Below, piece after piece: positions 1 through 10,001 of a stretch of 64,000 nt of DNA (position 1 is its first letter; every line of letters begins with the position of its first letter). The position numbers and the translations under genes are program-made. Origin of the DNA: Spirochaetota bacterium. GTDB lineage: Bacteria > Spirochaetota > UBA4802 > JAFGDQ01. The stretch lies in contig JAFGSG010000055.1 in NCBI GenBank assembly GCA_016934735.1, forward strand, positions 2,111 to 66,110, given 5' to 3'. Below the pieces are notes generated by a model. That model was given only the letters and a program-made list of their open reading frames with translations, made no database searches and had not been told where the DNA came from.

Positions 1-541
1 CATTTATTTTGCAACTGCACATAAAAGGTTAATGTTCGGCAGGATTTTTCTACTCCCGGTAATGATTGCTTATAAATCAGGCATCTTGACTGCTACAAAA
101 ACCAGGGAAATCGCGGCAGGATTCGCGTTTAGAGGATGCCGCCTTGCGGATATTCAATCCCTCGGCCGGATATTCGCCGATGAAATAATACCTCAATATA
201 TCAGGCCTGAAGCATTCAAAAGAATTCAATGGCATAAATCAAAGGGAGATAAAATTGTTGTTGTATCCGCATCTCTTGACGTATATCTGAAGCACTGGTG
301 CGATAAGCATGAATTGGAACTTATCTGTACAAGTTTTGATGTTGATAACGGACTTATTGCGGGAAAATATTATCCCGGAGACTGCAGCGGCAAGGAAAAA
401 GCGAGACGTATTATTGATAAATATAATACAAAAGATTATGAAATTATTTATGCTTATGGGGATACGGCAGAGGATAAAGAGATGCTTGATCTGGCAAATA
501 TTAAGTACTTTCAATGGAAACAAATAAGCAATTATGACTAA
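1..541 (+). CDS. HAD-IB family hydrolase, 5'-partial (reading frame open to window start; catalytic DxD N-terminus not in window)
   Basis: C-terminal HAD core motifs (KIVVVSASLDVYL..., YAYGDTAEDKEMLDLAN); frame 2 open from nt 2. Confidence 0.5.
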   Translation, partial: IYFATAHKRLMFGRIFLLPVMIAYKSGILTATKTREIAAGFAFRGCRLADIQSLGRIFADEIIPQYIRPEAFKRIQWHKSKGDKIVVVSASLDVYLKHWCDKHELELICTSFDVDNGLIAGKYYPGDCSGKEKARRIIDKYNTKDYEIIYAYGDTAEDKEMLDLANIKYFQWKQISNYD

Positions 542-658
542 TATGCTCAAGATGGCTGACGTTTTATAGATTAGTTCGTAGCTTATAAAGCAAAAAGTCA
601 GTTAACTTGAGTATATTCATTAAATTGTATAATAGCATAAACTTTTATTATCTTTAAA

Positions 659-2341
659 TTGGATGACAATGTGGCACAGATAAATCTGCAAAAGGTATCC
701 CTGACTTTCGGCAATATTCCAATACTTGGTGATGTGGACATCCAGATCCATGAGGATGAGAAGATATGCCTGCTTGGCCGCAACGGGGCTGGAAAATCCA
801 CCATGATGAAACTTATCAATGGGGACATTGAACCTGAGTCCGGACTTATATTCCGTGAGAAAGGACTTAAAACCTCGCTTCTGCCGCAGGAGGTGCCGCG
901 TGATCTTTCCGGAAGTATATATGACGTTATTGCCGGTGGAACCGGCGTCCATGATTCATCGGTTCATCATATGGACAATTTTGAAGAGCAGAAGATCCGC
1001 CTGCAAATAGAAAAGACAATATCGCTAATGAGCCTTGATCCGGAGCTCATGTTCGAAAACCTTTCTGCCGGCATGAAGAGGAGGGTGCTTGTGGGGCGCG
1101 CACTGGTGAATGATCCGGATGTCCTCCTCCTTGATGAGCCGACAAACCATCTTGACATTGATTCGATCAGCTGGCTTGAAGATTTTTTATATCGTTATAA
1201 TAAGACCATATTTTTTGTAACGCATGACCGCACGTTTCTGCAGAAGATCGCGAATCGGATAATCGAGCTGGACAGGGGCAGGCTCTTTGACTGGAGATGC
1301 GATTACCAGACTTTTTTACAGAGGAAGGAAGCATGGCTTGAATCCGAAGAAGCCCGGAACACGCTTTTCGATAAAAAATTAGCCCGGGAAGAGGCATGGA
1401 TAAGGCGGGGGATAAAGGCCCGCCGCACTAGAAATGAGGGAAGGGTAAGGGCATTAATAGAATTGCGGGGGGAAAGGGCTGCCCGCCGGGAACGGGCCGG
1501 AAATGTGCGCATGGAAATGCAGAAAGCTGAAAATTCAGGCAAAATGATAATCGAAGCGACGGATATTTCTTTCGGCTACTCTGATGTCAAGTTATTCTCA
1601 GGTTTTTCGACCAGGATCATGAGAGGTGACAGGATCGGCATCATCGGGCCTAATGGATGCGGGAAAAGCACTCTTATTAAGACACTATTAAATGAAATTG
1701 AACCGGAAACCGGAGATGTACGTATCGGGGCCGGAATTCAAAAGGCATATTTTGACCAGCTGAGAAATCAGCTCGATGATAATCTTACAATTAAACAGAA
1801 TGTTGCAGGCAGCGGCGAAATAATAGATTTCAATGGAAAGAAGAGGCATGTGATCGGGTATCTTGAGGATTTTCTTTTTAGTCCGGACAGGGTTGACGAG
1901 CCGGTAAAAGTTTTGTCCGGGGGCGAAAAGAACAGGCTGCTTCTTGCAAAGCTTTTTACAAAGGCATCTAATTTCCTCATCCTGGATGAACCAACCAATG
2001 ATCTTGATATTGAGACCATCGAGCTTCTTGAAGAGCTTCTGCTCGAATATGAAGGGACATTGCTTCTGGTAAGCCATGACAGGGCATTTCTTAATAACGT
2101 TGTGACAGATATTTTCGCGTTTGAAGTAAATTCTGATGTCAGGGTATATGCTGGCGGCTATGATGACTGGCTGGCTAAGAAAACCTATGATACCGCAAAA
2201 GGAATAAAACAGGAAAAAATTATCAGGGAGAAGGAAAAAGCCCGGAAAACAAAGCTTACCTTTAAAGAAAAAAAGAGATCGAATCAATTCCTGCGGCCAT
2301 TGAGGAAAAGGAAAAGAGAAAGCATGAAATTTATCAATTAA
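659..2341 (+). CDS. ABC-F family ATPase (Uup-like), two ABC cassettes; 0-frame terminates early after a -1 frame break at 2269-2275
   Basis: Walker A GRNGAGKST and GPNGCGKST, two LSGG signature motifs, Arg/Glu-rich inter-domain linker typical of ABC-F. Confidence 0.85.
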   Translation: MDDNVAQINLQKVSLTFGNIPILGDVDIQIHEDEKICLLGRNGAGKSTMMKLINGDIEPESGLIFREKGLKTSLLPQEVPRDLSGSIYDVIAGGTGVHDSSVHHMDNFEEQKIRLQIEKTISLMSLDPELMFENLSAGMKRRVLVGRALVNDPDVLLLDEPTNHLDIDSISWLEDFLYRYNKTIFFVTHDRTFLQKIANRIIELDRGRLFDWRCDYQTFLQRKEAWLESEEARNTLFDKKLAREEAWIRRGIKARRTRNEGRVRALIELRGERAARRERAGNVRMEMQKAENSGKMIIEATDISFGYSDVKLFSGFSTRIMRGDRIGIIGPNGCGKSTLIKTLLNEIEPETGDVRIGAGIQKAYFDQLRNQLDDNLTIKQNVAGSGEIIDFNGKKRHVIGYLEDFLFSPDRVDEPVKVLSGGEKNRLLLAKLFTKASNFLILDEPTNDLDIETIELLEELLLEYEGTLLLVSHDRAFLNNVVTDIFAFEVNSDVRVYAGGYDDWLAKKTYDTAKGIKQEKIIREKEKARKTKLTFKEKKRSNQFLRPLRKRKRESMKFIN

Positions 2342-2481
2342 TGGCTGACCCGGCTTTTTATCAGCAAAGCGGAGCCGGGGTTTCTGAAATAAAGGCGGAA
2401 CTGGAAAAGCTGGAGAGAGAACTTGATCTCCTTTTTGCCAGATGGGAAGAACTCGAAACGGTTGAGGGCGGCGCAGGTTAA
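2269..2481 (+). other. -1 frame continuation encoding the ABC-F C-terminal coiled-coil domain (...EIESIPAAIEEKEKRKHEIYQLMADPAFYQQ...ELETVEGGAG)
   Basis: Translation in frame 1 from the A7 run gives the canonical ABC-F/Uup C-terminal DPAFY segment ending TAA 2479-2481; frame 1 has TAA at 2263-2265 so the junction must lie at 2266-2275. Confidence 0.7.
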
Positions 2482-2654
2482 GCTTTTATAATACATCCAA
2501 ATTCTCATTGAACTATTTTTTCAATTGCATTTTCTTTGTCGCATTATAATGTATTATTATAACAAACGTATAAGGCCTGATTGTATTATACAAAATGCAT
2601 GGAATTTTTGGCGATGGGAAAGAACGCTGCTTGCGTGATTCTGAGGAGATTTGA

Positions 2655-3374
2655 ATGAAGTCTTTGCTCTCGTACGAACTAAATAATGATAATCCCGAGA
2701 ATAAAAAACGCTTTATAAAAAATTTATTCGATGATATTGTGCCGACATACGATCTTTTAAATCATCTGCTTTCTTTCGGTACAGATAAGCTGTGGAGGCG
2801 CAGGATATTCCGGCTCATGCGTCCCGTCAAAGACGCGCGTGCTCTTGACCTGTGCTGCGGCACAGGCGATCTTTCATTATTGATACACAGGCATGGTGCG
2901 GGGGTTGTATCGCTCGATTTTTCGCTTAACATGCTAGCAAAAGGAAAGCAGAGAAAGACTCTGCGCGGGTATTGCGTGGCGGCTGATGCAAGCAATCTTC
3001 CTTTCCGTGACAGCTCATTCAACGCTGCAGCAATAGCTTTCGGAATACGCAATATTCCTGATTTGAAGAATTTCATAAGGGATGTGCACCGCGTGCTCGA
3101 ACCCGGCGGGGAGTTCGCGATTCTCGAGCTCGTTCGTCCCCGCAGCCGGTTTATAAAGGCAGTCTATGCAGTTTATCTTAATAAACTGCTTCCACTGATC
3201 GGCGGCCTTGTATCCGGGAAATGGACGGCGTATAAATATCTTTCAGGTACAATCAGGACTTTCGTTGATCCGGATGACCTGAAGCTGATGCTCGAGCAGG
3301 GCGGTTTCCGTAATGTGAAGCTGCATCCTCAGACATTCGGGGTAGCCTCTATAATAGTATGCGAGAAGGCGTGA
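2655..3374 (+). CDS. ubiE: Class I SAM-dependent methyltransferase, UbiE/MenG (demethylmenaquinone/ubiquinone) family
   Basis: N-terminal FDDIVPTYDLLNHLLSFGTDKLWRR and DLCCGTGDLS SAM motif, LEPGGEFAILE. Confidence 0.7.
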   Translation: MKSLLSYELNNDNPENKKRFIKNLFDDIVPTYDLLNHLLSFGTDKLWRRRIFRLMRPVKDARALDLCCGTGDLSLLIHRHGAGVVSLDFSLNMLAKGKQRKTLRGYCVAADASNLPFRDSSFNAAAIAFGIRNIPDLKNFIRDVHRVLEPGGEFAILELVRPRSRFIKAVYAVYLNKLLPLIGGLVSGKWTAYKYLSGTIRTFVDPDDLKLMLEQGGFRNVKLHPQTFGVASIIVCEKA

Positions 3375-3419
3375 GTGCATACAATACAGGCTGAAGAGAT
3401 GCCGGTATTGTTGACTATT

Positions 3420-3655
3420 ATACAGATGCAGCCGCATGATGCGCAGATGCATTTCAAAGGAATACAGAGGCGGACGGAAGAAAATCAAATGCATCCGGGA
3501 GAAAAGCACAGGCAGTAGTAAAAAATACACCGGCAGGTCAGAGAAAATCATCAGCAGGTATAAGAAAAGCACTGACACATAGAGATGCAGGTAAAAGAAA
3601 TATACTTGCAGGTCAGGGAAATACACCGGCAGGAACAAGAAAATCAAAATCTTCT
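3420..3655. repeat. Degenerate tandem repeat of roughly 20-nt units (nGCAGGTnAnnGAAAAnnCA) in the intergenic spacer
   Basis: Units ggcaggtcagagaaaatca / agcaggtataagaaaagca / tgcaggtaaaagaaatata / tgcaggtcagggaaataca / ggcaggaacaagaaaatca visible by eye; the ORF called here on the minus strand is an artefact of the repeat. Confidence 0.6.
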
Positions 3656-3770
3656 GTTACAAAAACAAATGCAATTGAGTGAATTATGGATCTCTTACGT
3701 AATATAGCACTGCATCTTGTGCAGGGAAATATTTATAATACAGTATATTATCAGAAATTTTTAAGAAATA

Positions 3771-4424
3771 ATGAACTTTAACTATAAACATATTATATGG
3801 GACTGGAACGGCACGCTTATTAACGACGCGGAGCTGTGCGTAGAGATCATTAATGAACTCCTCGGGAGGAGAAATATACAAGGCATCAGCCTGCGCGAGT
3901 ACCAGGATGTTTTTGATTTTCCGGTAATTAACTTTTACGAAAAAATTGGTTTTGATTTTTCCAAGGAGCCATTCCATATCCCTGCTGCGGAATATATCGA
4001 TGCCTACAACGCACGCAGATTCAGCTGCAGTCTGCATGACGGCGCGCTCGAACTTCTCTCGGTTTTTAAAAAAGCCGGCATAGCTCAATCCATACTGTCT
4101 GCATCAAAGCAGAGTTCGCTTGAAGAAGCAGTCGGCTACTATTCATTGGAGTCTTTTTTTGCACATGTCTGCGGACTGGACGACCATTACGCGAATGGTA
4201 AAATAGACATTGCGAAAGAATTAATAGGGCGTATAGGCGCAGATAACAGGTCGCTTTTGATTATCGGCGATACGACACATGATTATGAAGTTGCGCGGTC
4301 ATTAGGAGCAGGCTGCATTCTGATCAGCAGCGGGCATCACAGCAGGGAAAAGCTTGAACAGAGCGGAGCGCGTGTGGTTGACTCTATCGCGGAAATATCA
4401 AATGCGGCAGAAGTATCTGAATGA
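3771..4424 (+). CDS. HAD-IA family hydrolase (phosphatase-like)
   Basis: N-terminal IIWDWNGTL (DxDGT-type motif I variant), LIIGDTTHD motif IV. Confidence 0.6.
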   Translation: MNFNYKHIIWDWNGTLINDAELCVEIINELLGRRNIQGISLREYQDVFDFPVINFYEKIGFDFSKEPFHIPAAEYIDAYNARRFSCSLHDGALELLSVFKKAGIAQSILSASKQSSLEEAVGYYSLESFFAHVCGLDDHYANGKIDIAKELIGRIGADNRSLLIIGDTTHDYEVARSLGAGCILISSGHHSREKLEQSGARVVDSIAEISNAAEVSE

Positions 4425-6835
4425 AGGTCTCTCATCAGTTAAATACGCTTATTAAGCAAAGGTTGTTCTTTATTTCAGCAGGGACACTTTCCCTTTGCCT
4501 GGTATTATGGCTTCTGTTTTATTCGCTGTTTCTGCTGATGCCGTCCGTGTTCATAAAAGCAGGACTGATCGCGCCTTTCCCTTTGCTGATTATATTTACA
4601 TTATCCCTGATCATCTCTTTAAGTGTTTACCTTTATAGAATGCCTCTTTTCGGGAAAAGATTCTTTAATGAGATATTGCTCCCGCCTTACTCAGCGAATG
4701 ATCTTAAGTCGGCGCTTGAACTGGAAAGCGGAAAGAGTTATCCGCGAACAAAGGGGGACAGCTCTTTAGAAGAAAAAAATATATCGTCCTTTTTCTCCGG
4801 TCAATTCATTGAAAATGTTTCAGCACACATTAAGCTTGAAAAGAGAATATTCGCCGGCCTTGTTCCGGATATCAAACGTTTAACAGTATGCACGCTGATA
4901 ATTATTATATCTATGGTTCTTTCAATAATAAAAAGCGATCTCGTGTTCGATGTTTATTCAGCATTAAGAACAGGCCTTCCTGCGGAACTGATCGCTCTGG
5001 ATGCTCCTGTAAAGTACGAAAAGATTGAAGCAGTGATTACTCCCCCGGCTTATATTGAATCGGGAATAAGTACTGCTGTTGATTTAACTGTTCACGATAA
5101 AATTAAAGTAATGCAGGGTTCCGGTGTCTCAGTAAAAGGGATTTTAAACAATATAAAATCCGGTAAACTGATTCTTTCGACCGGTAAAGGACTGGAATAT
5201 TTTACTGCGGCAATTTTTGAAGAAAAATTTTTCGAAGCTGCCTTTCTTGCTCCGGCAAAAGGCGCTTTTGCCCTTGAATTCGAATTTATAAAACTGGTTT
5301 CGGGTAAATCACGGGGCAAAAGCAAAGTGTACACCATTGAAGCCCTTCCGGACCAGCCGCCCTCTATAAAGATTTTTTTTCCGCCATCTGTCCACAACGT
5401 GCTGTTCGGAAATCCGGTGGAAATAAATTTTACTGCTTCTGACGATTATGGCATACTGGAAATTTCACTTTATCACCGGAATCCTGAAGAAAACAGCGGA
5501 TATTACAGAGAGATTGTTGCGAGGTTCCCGAAAGACCCCAAAACAAATTATTCGGCAAGCCATGTATGGAATCCGGTTATCCGCGAAGGCGAGAAGATGG
5601 ATGAACTTGTTTATGATCCTGGCACGAAATCAGTAGAATATTTTCTTGAAGTTAAAGATATTAATATATATTCAGAAGGCGGTACGGCAAAAAGTGAAAC
5701 AAGATATGTGTATTTTACTGATGCTCTGGCAGACCTGAAAGAAGGAATAAACCTGATCCGGGAATTGATAGATGACGGGAAAAAATTGTTACAGTCACCC
5801 GGGAATAAAAGGATAGCGGAAAATTATAAAAAAAAATTAGCAAAAGCCGTTCAGGTTTTCAGCAAAGAACGGCAGGAAACTATGCCTCAGAGCACGCTTG
5901 TGCAGAAAACAAACGAGATGCTCAGTGTTTTTTATATCGACAGTTCCAAAGAACTAAAAGAATCCCTCAGAAGCTACATCGCTTATCTTGAAAGATTTCT
6001 TGTTTTTATGCAGCTGCTCCTGGAGACCGAGAGCGCGGCTTCTATAGACAAGGAGCTTTCAAGGAATGACGATATGAAAAGCAGCATGGATAATTCTCTG
6101 AAGCGGATAAGCCGCGCTGCTGAGCTCATGGAGAATGAGTTTAAAAAAGATATTGAAGAGATTGAAGAACTCTTAAGGAAAGGCGATCAGGCAGGCGCCA
6201 GGGCTAAGACACTTGAACTCCTTGACAAAATTAAAAAGCGTATGGAAGAGGAAATCGCAAAGTCAATGGCCATGTCGCAGAAAATCGCTGATGAAATGAA
6301 AGACAAACTCGATAAGATGGCAAAGCTTGCTTCGGAATTGCTAAAAAAGCAGGAAGCAAACAGGACGATTACAGATAAGGGAAATATAAAAGGCGCTTCT
6401 GCTGATCAGGAAGAAATAAACGAAGGCCTGCGCAGTCTGAGTGCGCAGACGGAGAAGCTCAGTTCCGAATATCCTTTTGTAATGTACTCTCTTAATTCCT
6501 ATGCCGGTGCGGCAAAGATATACGGGGCAAGGGCTTCTGAAGCTCTCAGCAAATCCGAACCCGGCAAATCATCAAAGGATCAATCCCGGGTCATTCAATA
6601 TCTTAATAACTTTATGAATGCCTCAAATCAGCAGAAGCAGCTTATGGAAGAGCTGGCAAAAGGGAATTTTGAAAGTATTATGCAGCGCGGATATACGAAT
6701 CGTTTTGTGCTTATACCGAAGGAAGCAGTCTATACAATACCGATAGACTATAAAAACAAGATCATAGAAATGAGCAAAGACAGAAGCAGGCTCACGAAAG
6801 AAAAAGAGGCATTCTGGCGGGATATTTTACAATGA
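4421..6835 (+). CDS. Large hypothetical membrane protein: N-terminal TM helices, central beta-rich region, long C-terminal Lys/Glu-rich coiled coil
   Basis: 804-aa ORF overlapping the upstream HAD stop by ATGA; hydrophobic N-terminus; no recognisable catalytic motif. Confidence 0.55.
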   Translation: MKVSHQLNTLIKQRLFFISAGTLSLCLVLWLLFYSLFLLMPSVFIKAGLIAPFPLLIIFTLSLIISLSVYLYRMPLFGKRFFNEILLPPYSANDLKSALELESGKSYPRTKGDSSLEEKNISSFFSGQFIENVSAHIKLEKRIFAGLVPDIKRLTVCTLIIIISMVLSIIKSDLVFDVYSALRTGLPAELIALDAPVKYEKIEAVITPPAYIESGISTAVDLTVHDKIKVMQGSGVSVKGILNNIKSGKLILSTGKGLEYFTAAIFEEKFFEAAFLAPAKGAFALEFEFIKLVSGKSRGKSKVYTIEALPDQPPSIKIFFPPSVHNVLFGNPVEINFTASDDYGILEISLYHRNPEENSGYYREIVARFPKDPKTNYSASHVWNPVIREGEKMDELVYDPGTKSVEYFLEVKDINIYSEGGTAKSETRYVYFTDALADLKEGINLIRELIDDGKKLLQSPGNKRIAENYKKKLAKAVQVFSKERQETMPQSTLVQKTNEMLSVFYIDSSKELKESLRSYIAYLERFLVFMQLLLETESAASIDKELSRNDDMKSSMDNSLKRISRAAELMENEFKKDIEEIEELLRKGDQAGARAKTLELLDKIKKRMEEEIAKSMAMSQKIADEMKDKLDKMAKLASELLKKQEANRTITDKGNIKGASADQEEINEGLRSLSAQTEKLSSEYPFVMYSLNSYAGAAKIYGARASEALSKSEPGKSSKDQSRVIQYLNNFMNASNQQKQLMEELAKGNFESIMQRGYTNRFVLIPKEAVYTIPIDYKNKIIEMSKDRSRLTKEKEAFWRDILQ

Positions 6836-6873
6836 TGCACTCTCCCGCGATTTGCGGGGCCGCGGGCACTTCT

Positions 6874-7995
6874 TTATGCTTTCTCATTTTCTAAAACATC
6901 TGCAAGCAGAATATGCTCTCCGAGAGGTTTGGCGATATTTTTTAACTGCAGGGCAATATCGTTAATTTCCGGGCCTTTAAATTCCTTGTCTCTGTAAATA
7001 GTAATTATGCCAAGCAGGATATTCCTGTACAGTACCGGCAAGGTAACCTTTTTCCCTTTTTCCTGAAGAATTGTAGAAGAATTTTTCAGTTCTTCTGTTA
7101 TTCCCCGATTTATACTCATAGAATTAAATTCAGAATCGTCGATTTTTATAAGAGCCTTGCCTTTAAGTTCAAAAATTTTATTCAGTCTTGACTGATCTTC
7201 GCTCAGCAGATAGAAAGAGACAACTTCGGAATTATATTCACCGGATATATAATTAAAAAGATCATAAACATATCCTGTAAGGTAGTCAAGATTCAAAGTC
7301 GATTTGTCCGGCTCTCTGCCTGTATCCTTGTGTTCACTTATTTTTTTATCTTTGCCTGTTTTGTCCGGTTTTATTTTTTTTACGGACTCTTTTTTAATAA
7401 AACCGGCCGTCTTCCCGTTGGATGTTTTTGCCTTTTTGTTTAGTTTAATAGATATTAATGCTGTTATAATGATTGAAAAAATAGTGATTAACAATATTTC
7501 AAGAATTAGCTGGATGATAAGCTTTAAGCTGAGTTTATACGGAAAAACGATAAGGAGCTTACCGCCTGTAATATTATTGATAAAAATATAGAATCTGTTC
7601 TGATCGTAATATCTTATTACAAAATCATTCTTTTTATAAACTTTAAATTCATCCCGGATGAAGCCTTCTATCATCGCATCAAAAGTGATATTGGATCTTA
7701 TATATTTTTCATTTTTCATCGCCTTAAGAATTTTATTTTTTTTATCCGCAGCGGCAATTAAAGCAATTGAAGGAAATTTGTCTTTAATTAAAGAGTAATA
7801 TTTTGACAGGTCTTTATCATGCAGTTTTTTATCTTTTTCAAAACTGCTTATTGACAGAACTATTTTTTCGGATGTTAAAATAATGGCTTTAATGAATTGC
7901 TTTTCAAGCAATCCTGTTCTTAACGGAATATAAATAAAAATAATGAGTAAAGTTATGAATAAACATGTTATTATATTCTTTTTTTTTGATGTCAT
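6874..7995 (-). CDS. Hypothetical membrane protein with C-terminal GAF-like region
   Basis: Two hydrophobic segments, Lys-rich linker; C-terminus resembles a small-molecule-binding GAF fold only weakly. Confidence 0.45.
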   Translation of the reverse strand: MTSKKKNIITCLFITLLIIFIYIPLRTGLLEKQFIKAIILTSEKIVLSISSFEKDKKLHDKDLSKYYSLIKDKFPSIALIAAADKKNKILKAMKNEKYIRSNITFDAMIEGFIRDEFKVYKKNDFVIRYYDQNRFYIFINNITGGKLLIVFPYKLSLKLIIQLILEILLITIFSIIITALISIKLNKKAKTSNGKTAGFIKKESVKKIKPDKTGKDKKISEHKDTGREPDKSTLNLDYLTGYVYDLFNYISGEYNSEVVSFYLLSEDQSRLNKIFELKGKALIKIDDSEFNSMSINRGITEELKNSSTILQEKGKKVTLPVLYRNILLGIITIYRDKEFKGPEINDIALQLKNIAKPLGEHILLADVLENEKA

Positions 7996-8194
7996 GCCTG
8001 ATTCCGTATGGAATAAAATAGTTGTATTAAGAAAAAATTTTAAAAATATTTCTATATATTATAATCGGCAGGAAGCATAATTCGAAATATCATTTTATAT
8101 TTTTTTGATTGCGGAATAGATGTCATATTCTATAAATACGTGAGATGTAATAAATCTATACAGCGTCAAATGGGTTGGGGTACACTCAATAACT

Positions 8195-8935
8195 ATGAAA
8201 ATAATCGGAATAATACCTGCCAGATACGGATCGAGCCGTTTTCCCGGCAAACCGCTTGTAAAGATAGCCGGAAAGACTCTGATCGAGAGGGTCTACCGCA
8301 GATCAGAGCAGGCCGGGCTTGCTAAGATAATCGTAGCTACTGACGATAATAGAATCGAGAGAGAGGTGCTGTCTTTCGGCGGAAACGCGGCAATGACGGG
8401 TGAACATCATTCGGGAACAGACCGGATTGCAGAGGCAGCCGAAAACGAGAGCTGTGATGCTGTCATCAATATTCAGGGCGATGAGCCGCTTATTGATCCG
8501 GAGATTATCGGAACAGTATCATCCGCTCTTGAAAAGAATGCGTGGGCTGATATGGCGACCGCTGCGGCAGAGATAAAAGAGCATGACGATATTGATAATC
8601 CTAATGTTGTAAAAGTCGTATTTGCCGCAGACGGCAGGGCTTTTTATTTCTCACGGTCAGGGATACCGTATATTGTCAGGGCAGATGGAAAAACACCGCA
8701 GGCAAAACGCTACAGGCATATCGGCATATACGGATATAGAAAGGAATTCTTAAAAAAATTTACCGTCTTAAAGCCGTCGCCTCTGGAATCAGCCGAATCG
8801 CTTGAACAGCTCAGAGCTCTTGAGAACGGATTTTCTATTCATGTTTCTGTCGTTGATTACAAGGGCGCGGCTGTGGACACTCCTGAAGATGTAATAATAG
8901 TCGAGAATATTTTAAGCGGAGAGAATAAAAAATAG
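8195..8935 (+). CDS. kdsB: 3-deoxy-manno-octulosonate cytidylyltransferase (CMP-KDO synthetase)
   Basis: MKIIGIIPARYGSSRFPGKPL..., IQGDEPLI, HIGIYGYR, VDTPEDV: collinear with E. coli KdsB. Confidence 0.9.
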   Translation: MKIIGIIPARYGSSRFPGKPLVKIAGKTLIERVYRRSEQAGLAKIIVATDDNRIEREVLSFGGNAAMTGEHHSGTDRIAEAAENESCDAVINIQGDEPLIDPEIIGTVSSALEKNAWADMATAAAEIKEHDDIDNPNVVKVVFAADGRAFYFSRSGIPYIVRADGKTPQAKRYRHIGIYGYRKEFLKKFTVLKPSPLESAESLEQLRALENGFSIHVSVVDYKGAAVDTPEDVIIVENILSGENKK

Positions 8936-8945
8936 GGGGAATGAT

Positions 8946-9995
8946 TTACTCTCCGCCGTTTTCAAACAAAGACTGCTCTTTGTCTTCATATCCTGATTTA
9001 AAATATTTTATCCCAAGATGATCGTACGCGCTCTTTGAAACCTCTCTTCCTCTGGGAGTGCGGTTCAGCAGGCCTGACTGGACAAGGAAAGGTTCGTAGA
9101 AGTCTTCAATAGTGTCGGTTTCTTCTCCTACCGATATGGCGATTGTTTTTAGGCCGACCGGGCCGCCGTTATAATTCTCTATAATAGTACGCAGGATTTT
9201 TCTGTCCATGTCGTCAAGACCGGCAGAGTCAATGTCAAGCTTATCCAGGGCATACTTTGTGATTTTAATATCGATTTCCTTAAGCCCTCCCACAAGGGCA
9301 AAATCTGCGACCCGCTTAAGCAGCCTGTTCACAATACGCGGAGTTCTGCGGGATCTCTTCGCGAGCTCCATTGCTGCGTCGTCTTTTATACTGCTGTGGA
9401 TTATTCCTGCAGAGCGTTTGACTATCTGCCGCAGATCTTCATACTCATAATAATTAAGGCGCAGGGGAATGCCGAACCTGTCGCGCAAAGCGGAAGTTAA
9501 AAGGCCTGTCCTGGTGGTAGCTCCGATTAAAGTAAAAGGGGCGAGATCAATTTTAATTGATTTTGCACCGATACCCTGGCCTATAATAATGTCGATTGAT
9601 CTGTCTTCCATCGCGGGATACAGGATCTCCTCAATCGCAGGAGAGAGCCTGTGAATTTCATCGATAAAAAGAACGTCATTCTCTTCAAGAGCTGTAAGTA
9701 TGGATGCCATATCGCCGGATTTGTCTATAATGGGAGCCGATGTCGCTTTAATATTCACACCGAGTTCTCTGGCTGTAATGAACGCCAGTGTTGTTTTACC
9801 TAGTCCCGGAGGTCCGGCTAAAAGAACATGATCGAGGGATTGTTTTCTTATTTTTGCGGATTGAATGAATACCTTGAGGTTATCGATTATTTTTGTCTGG
9901 CCGATGAACTCTCTGAAGTTCGACGGCCGCAGGGATCTGTCATCTTCGTCTTCATGCAATTTCTGCGCGCTTGTGAGTTTCGATATGTTTTCCAT
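8946..9995 (-). CDS. ruvB: Holliday junction branch migration ATPase RuvB
   Basis: LLAGPPGLGKTTLA Walker A, DEIHRL, RTPRIVNRLLKRVADFA winged helix. Confidence 0.95.
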   Translation of the reverse strand: MENISKLTSAQKLHEDEDDRSLRPSNFREFIGQTKIIDNLKVFIQSAKIRKQSLDHVLLAGPPGLGKTTLAFITARELGVNIKATSAPIIDKSGDMASILTALEENDVLFIDEIHRLSPAIEEILYPAMEDRSIDIIIGQGIGAKSIKIDLAPFTLIGATTRTGLLTSALRDRFGIPLRLNYYEYEDLRQIVKRSAGIIHSSIKDDAAMELAKRSRRTPRIVNRLLKRVADFALVGGLKEIDIKITKYALDKLDIDSAGLDDMDRKILRTIIENYNGGPVGLKTIAISVGEETDTIEDFYEPFLVQSGLLNRTPRGREVSKSAYDHLGIKYFKSGYEDKEQSLFENGGE

Positions 9996-10001
9996 CTGCG
10001 G

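Noticed and set aside
3243-3647. 134-aa minus-strand ORF rich in Leu/Tyr/Phe
   Set aside because: Lies entirely within the degenerate tandem repeat; the periodic amino-acid pattern is a repeat artefact with no RBS or start context.
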